Assembly: GCA_963706575.1 (NCBI GenBank) | Contig: CAVPNL010000018.1 | Coordinates: forward strand, 1-64,000 | Source: an uncultured delta proteobacterium | Lineage (GTDB): Bacteria > Desulfobacterota > Desulfobacteria > Desulfobacterales > JAHEIW01 | Direction of reading: 5' to 3' | DNA length: 64,000 bases | Part shown: in pieces, positions 61,844 to 64,000 of the stretch | How the letters are laid out: every line of letters starts with the position of its first letter | Numbering within the stretch: the stretch's first letter is position 1 | The notes under the pieces: model-generated | Seen by the model: the letters and a program-made list of their open reading frames with translations, nothing else | Database searches by the model: none | What the model was told of the DNA's origin: nothing | Made by a program: the position numbers and the translations under genes

Positions 61844-63406
61844 CTATACATTGCGTTCTTGGTTTTGCCAATATTGATCCCGAAGCTCTCGTTTTAGAAT
61901 TTTGCCGTAGTTACTTTTGGGAAGATCGTCTACAAAATCGACCGACTTGGGTTTTTTGTAGCCAGCAATATTTTCCCGGCAAAAGTCGATCAGATCCTTC
62001 TCCGTGGCTGTTTTTCCCGGATTCAGAGAAACCACCGCCTTGATGGCCTCACCCCATTTCAAATCCGGCACACCGATCACTGAAACCTCGCGAACTGCGG
62101 GATGCCGTATTAAAACTTCCTCGATTTCCCGGGGGTAGATGTTCTCACCCCCGCTGATAATCAGGTCCTTTGAACGGTCCATAATGAACAGATAGCCGTT
62201 ATCGTCCAAGTAACCCACATCGCCGGTGTGCAGCCATCCGTTCTTGATTGTGTCTGCCGTTGACTCTGGGTTATTCCAGTATCCTTTCATCACCAGATCT
62301 GAGCGGGTGGCGATCTCGCCAATATGACCGGGCGCAAGTTCGTTTTCCTCTCTACCGAAAATTTTGACCTCCACATCGGTTCGGGCAAAACCGGCTGAAC
62401 CAAGTCGCTTGATTTCCTCCGGGCTTCCGGCTGTCTTGTGGGCCCAGTGGGGTAGGTAGGAGATGGTCATCGGAGATTCACCCTGGCCGAAGAGTTGAAC
62501 CAGACAGGACCCGAACTTTTCGATGGCCTTTTTGAGATCTTCCACCAGCATTGGGGCGCCGCCATAATTAAGCGATCGTAAAGAGCTCAAGTCGTAGTGA
62601 TCCACTGCGGGATGATCGATGAGCATCTTGATCATAGTGGGTGCGCTGAACATATTGGTTACCCGGTACCTCTCGATTGCTTGAAACACTAACTCCGGGT
62701 CAAAGGATTTGGAGGCCAGAATGACGTTTGTCGCCCCTTTCCCGATGTTGGGCAAACCGTAAAGCCCGCTTCCATGCGACAGGGGAGCCGCGTGGAGAAT
62801 GACGTCATCCGGAGTAAAGCCCGGAGCGATGTCCGCATAAAAATTCATGACCATTGCCAGCAGGTTACGGTGGGTTAACATGGCGCCCTTTGGCATACCG
62901 GTGGTTCCAGAAGTGTAAAAAAGCCAGGCCAGATCATCGGAAGAAACGTCCACGTCCGTAAACTCGTCGGCTGCATCGGCGAGAATGGACTCATAATCGA
63001 AAAGATCACCGCTGGCACCCCCCAAGGTAATGAGGTGTCGGGCGTTGGGGATTCGATCCCGCACCTCCATGATTGCGTTATTGAATTCGGAGGAAAGGAT
63101 CACCGCCCGGGACTCGGAGTGGTCGATGATGAAAGCGAACTCTTTGGGATGGAGTCGGAAGTTGATCGGCACTGCGCCCAGGCCGCCCTTGAAGCAGGCA
63201 AACAATGATTCGTAGGTTTGCGGATAGTTGTATTGGAGTATCGCAACGTTTTCACCCTGTTTAAGGCCTAACCGCTGCAACGCATTTGCCAACCGGTTTA
63301 CCCGGGCATCAAACTGAGCGTAGGAAAGCTGTCGGTCTGCGTGTATGAAGGCCGGCTTATCCGGAAAAATGCGTGCGGTTTTGGTTAGCAGCATACTAAG
63401 GTTCAT
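61844..63406 (-). CDS. AMP-forming long-chain acyl-CoA synthetase
   Basis: YTSGTTGMPKG, GWLHTGD, IISGGENIYP, GKILKR. Confidence 0.93.
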   Translation of the reverse strand: MNLSMLLTKTARIFPDKPAFIHADRQLSYAQFDARVNRLANALQRLGLKQGENVAILQYNYPQTYESLFACFKGGLGAVPINFRLHPKEFAFIIDHSESRAVILSSEFNNAIMEVRDRIPNARHLITLGGASGDLFDYESILADAADEFTDVDVSSDDLAWLFYTSGTTGMPKGAMLTHRNLLAMVMNFYADIAPGFTPDDVILHAAPLSHGSGLYGLPNIGKGATNVILASKSFDPELVFQAIERYRVTNMFSAPTMIKMLIDHPAVDHYDLSSLRSLNYGGAPMLVEDLKKAIEKFGSCLVQLFGQGESPMTISYLPHWAHKTAGSPEEIKRLGSAGFARTDVEVKIFGREENELAPGHIGEIATRSDLVMKGYWNNPESTADTIKNGWLHTGDVGYLDDNGYLFIMDRSKDLIISGGENIYPREIEEVLIRHPAVREVSVIGVPDLKWGEAIKAVVSLNPGKTATEKDLIDFCRENIAGYKKPKSVDFVDDLPKSNYGKILKRELRDQYWQNQERNV

Positions 63407-63793
63407 ATGTCCACTCCTCCGTGTCTTCGGTGGGCATTTTGATAATCTGTTGATTCTTATTCACATTGTCCACAAGATGCAACTGTTTGTTTTTGATACG
63501 TTCGATATTGGTGTCCAAATTCAAAACTCAATCGGTTTCAAAAAGAGTACACCACCATAAATGGTGTTCTGCCATTTTCGGATTGAGTTATGGATTGCGC
63601 ATGGCAAACCGATTACTTTTTAGCGGTTCGATTTCTTTACATATCGTGCCTAATTGATTTTTTGGAGATGCAAGAAAAATTTGAGATTAGCGGAAGGAAG
63701 GTGAATTTTTACAAAAGGTTTCGATGTACATAGCCGAAACCCATCATTCAGCTGTTTTTCACATTACGTTAGGAAATCCTAAATTCCGTATAT

Positions 63794-64000
63794 TCAACAC
63801 GCATCTAATGCATCCGCTAATTTTTGAATACCCTCCAGTTCAAAGTCTCCCGCCATTTGAACAATCTGTTTACTCAGCGGTAGGCAGGAATCCGATTGAT
63901 CTTTTATTTCCTCTGCGATGGCATTTAACGTCGTGACATCTCCCATCCCTGCTGCATCGCGGATGCGTTTGGCAATATCGTGAGCTAATTCAGCAGGGAT
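63794..64000 (-). CDS. C-terminal 68 aa of a protein entering from beyond the window (resembles a hybrid histidine kinase tail)
   Basis: Open frame IPAELAHDIAKRIRDAAGMGDVTTLNAIAEEIKDQ...DFELEGIQKLADALDAC-stop; absent from the ORF track because it has no start here. Confidence 0.7.
   Translation of the reverse strand: MPAELAHDIAKRIRDAAGMGDVTTLNAIAEEIKDQSDSCLPLSKQIVQMAGDFELEGIQKLADALDAC

Overview
Mostly housekeeping chromosome of an anaerobic deltaproteobacterium. The taxonomy (Desulfobacterales-like) is inferred from gene content and repeat style only. Gene order: ftsZ (partial), radical SAM, aat-clpA-clpS, secA, M23 peptidase, folD, argC, REC-PAS protein, TPR-PilB/GspE-like ATPase, FmdB-like, degP, Gld-like ABC operon, RsbW-like kinase, liv-type ABC operon, Lrp/AsnC regulator, gcvH-gcvPA-gcvPB-lipB-lipA-alr (no gcvT), hydrolases, serB, PilZ, MFS, hybrid histidine kinase, OmpA/MotB, AttH-like/ABC operon, HD protein, class II photolyase, octaheme HAO-family cytochrome c, EamA, DHH, SixA, enoyl-CoA hydratase, ADP-forming acyl-CoA ligase, RidA, acyl-CoA synthetase. 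I found no tRNA, rRNA, cas gene, transposase or phage gene. The notable signal is intergenic. (1) More than 15 gene junctions carry degenerate 6-, 7-, 8- or 9-mer tandem arrays, usually as an inverted pair (G/T-rich arm then A/C-rich arm) anchored at stop and start codons and sometimes translated as protein termini. (2) Several REP/MITE-like families occur, including a 169-bp element with terminal inverted repeats and a 20-33-nt motif found repeatedly upstream of start codons. (3) A c-di-GMP-I riboswitch with a terminator and tandem sigma70/sigma28 promoters lies upstream of M23-secA. Five single-base insertions split four otherwise intact genes and are probably sequencing errors.
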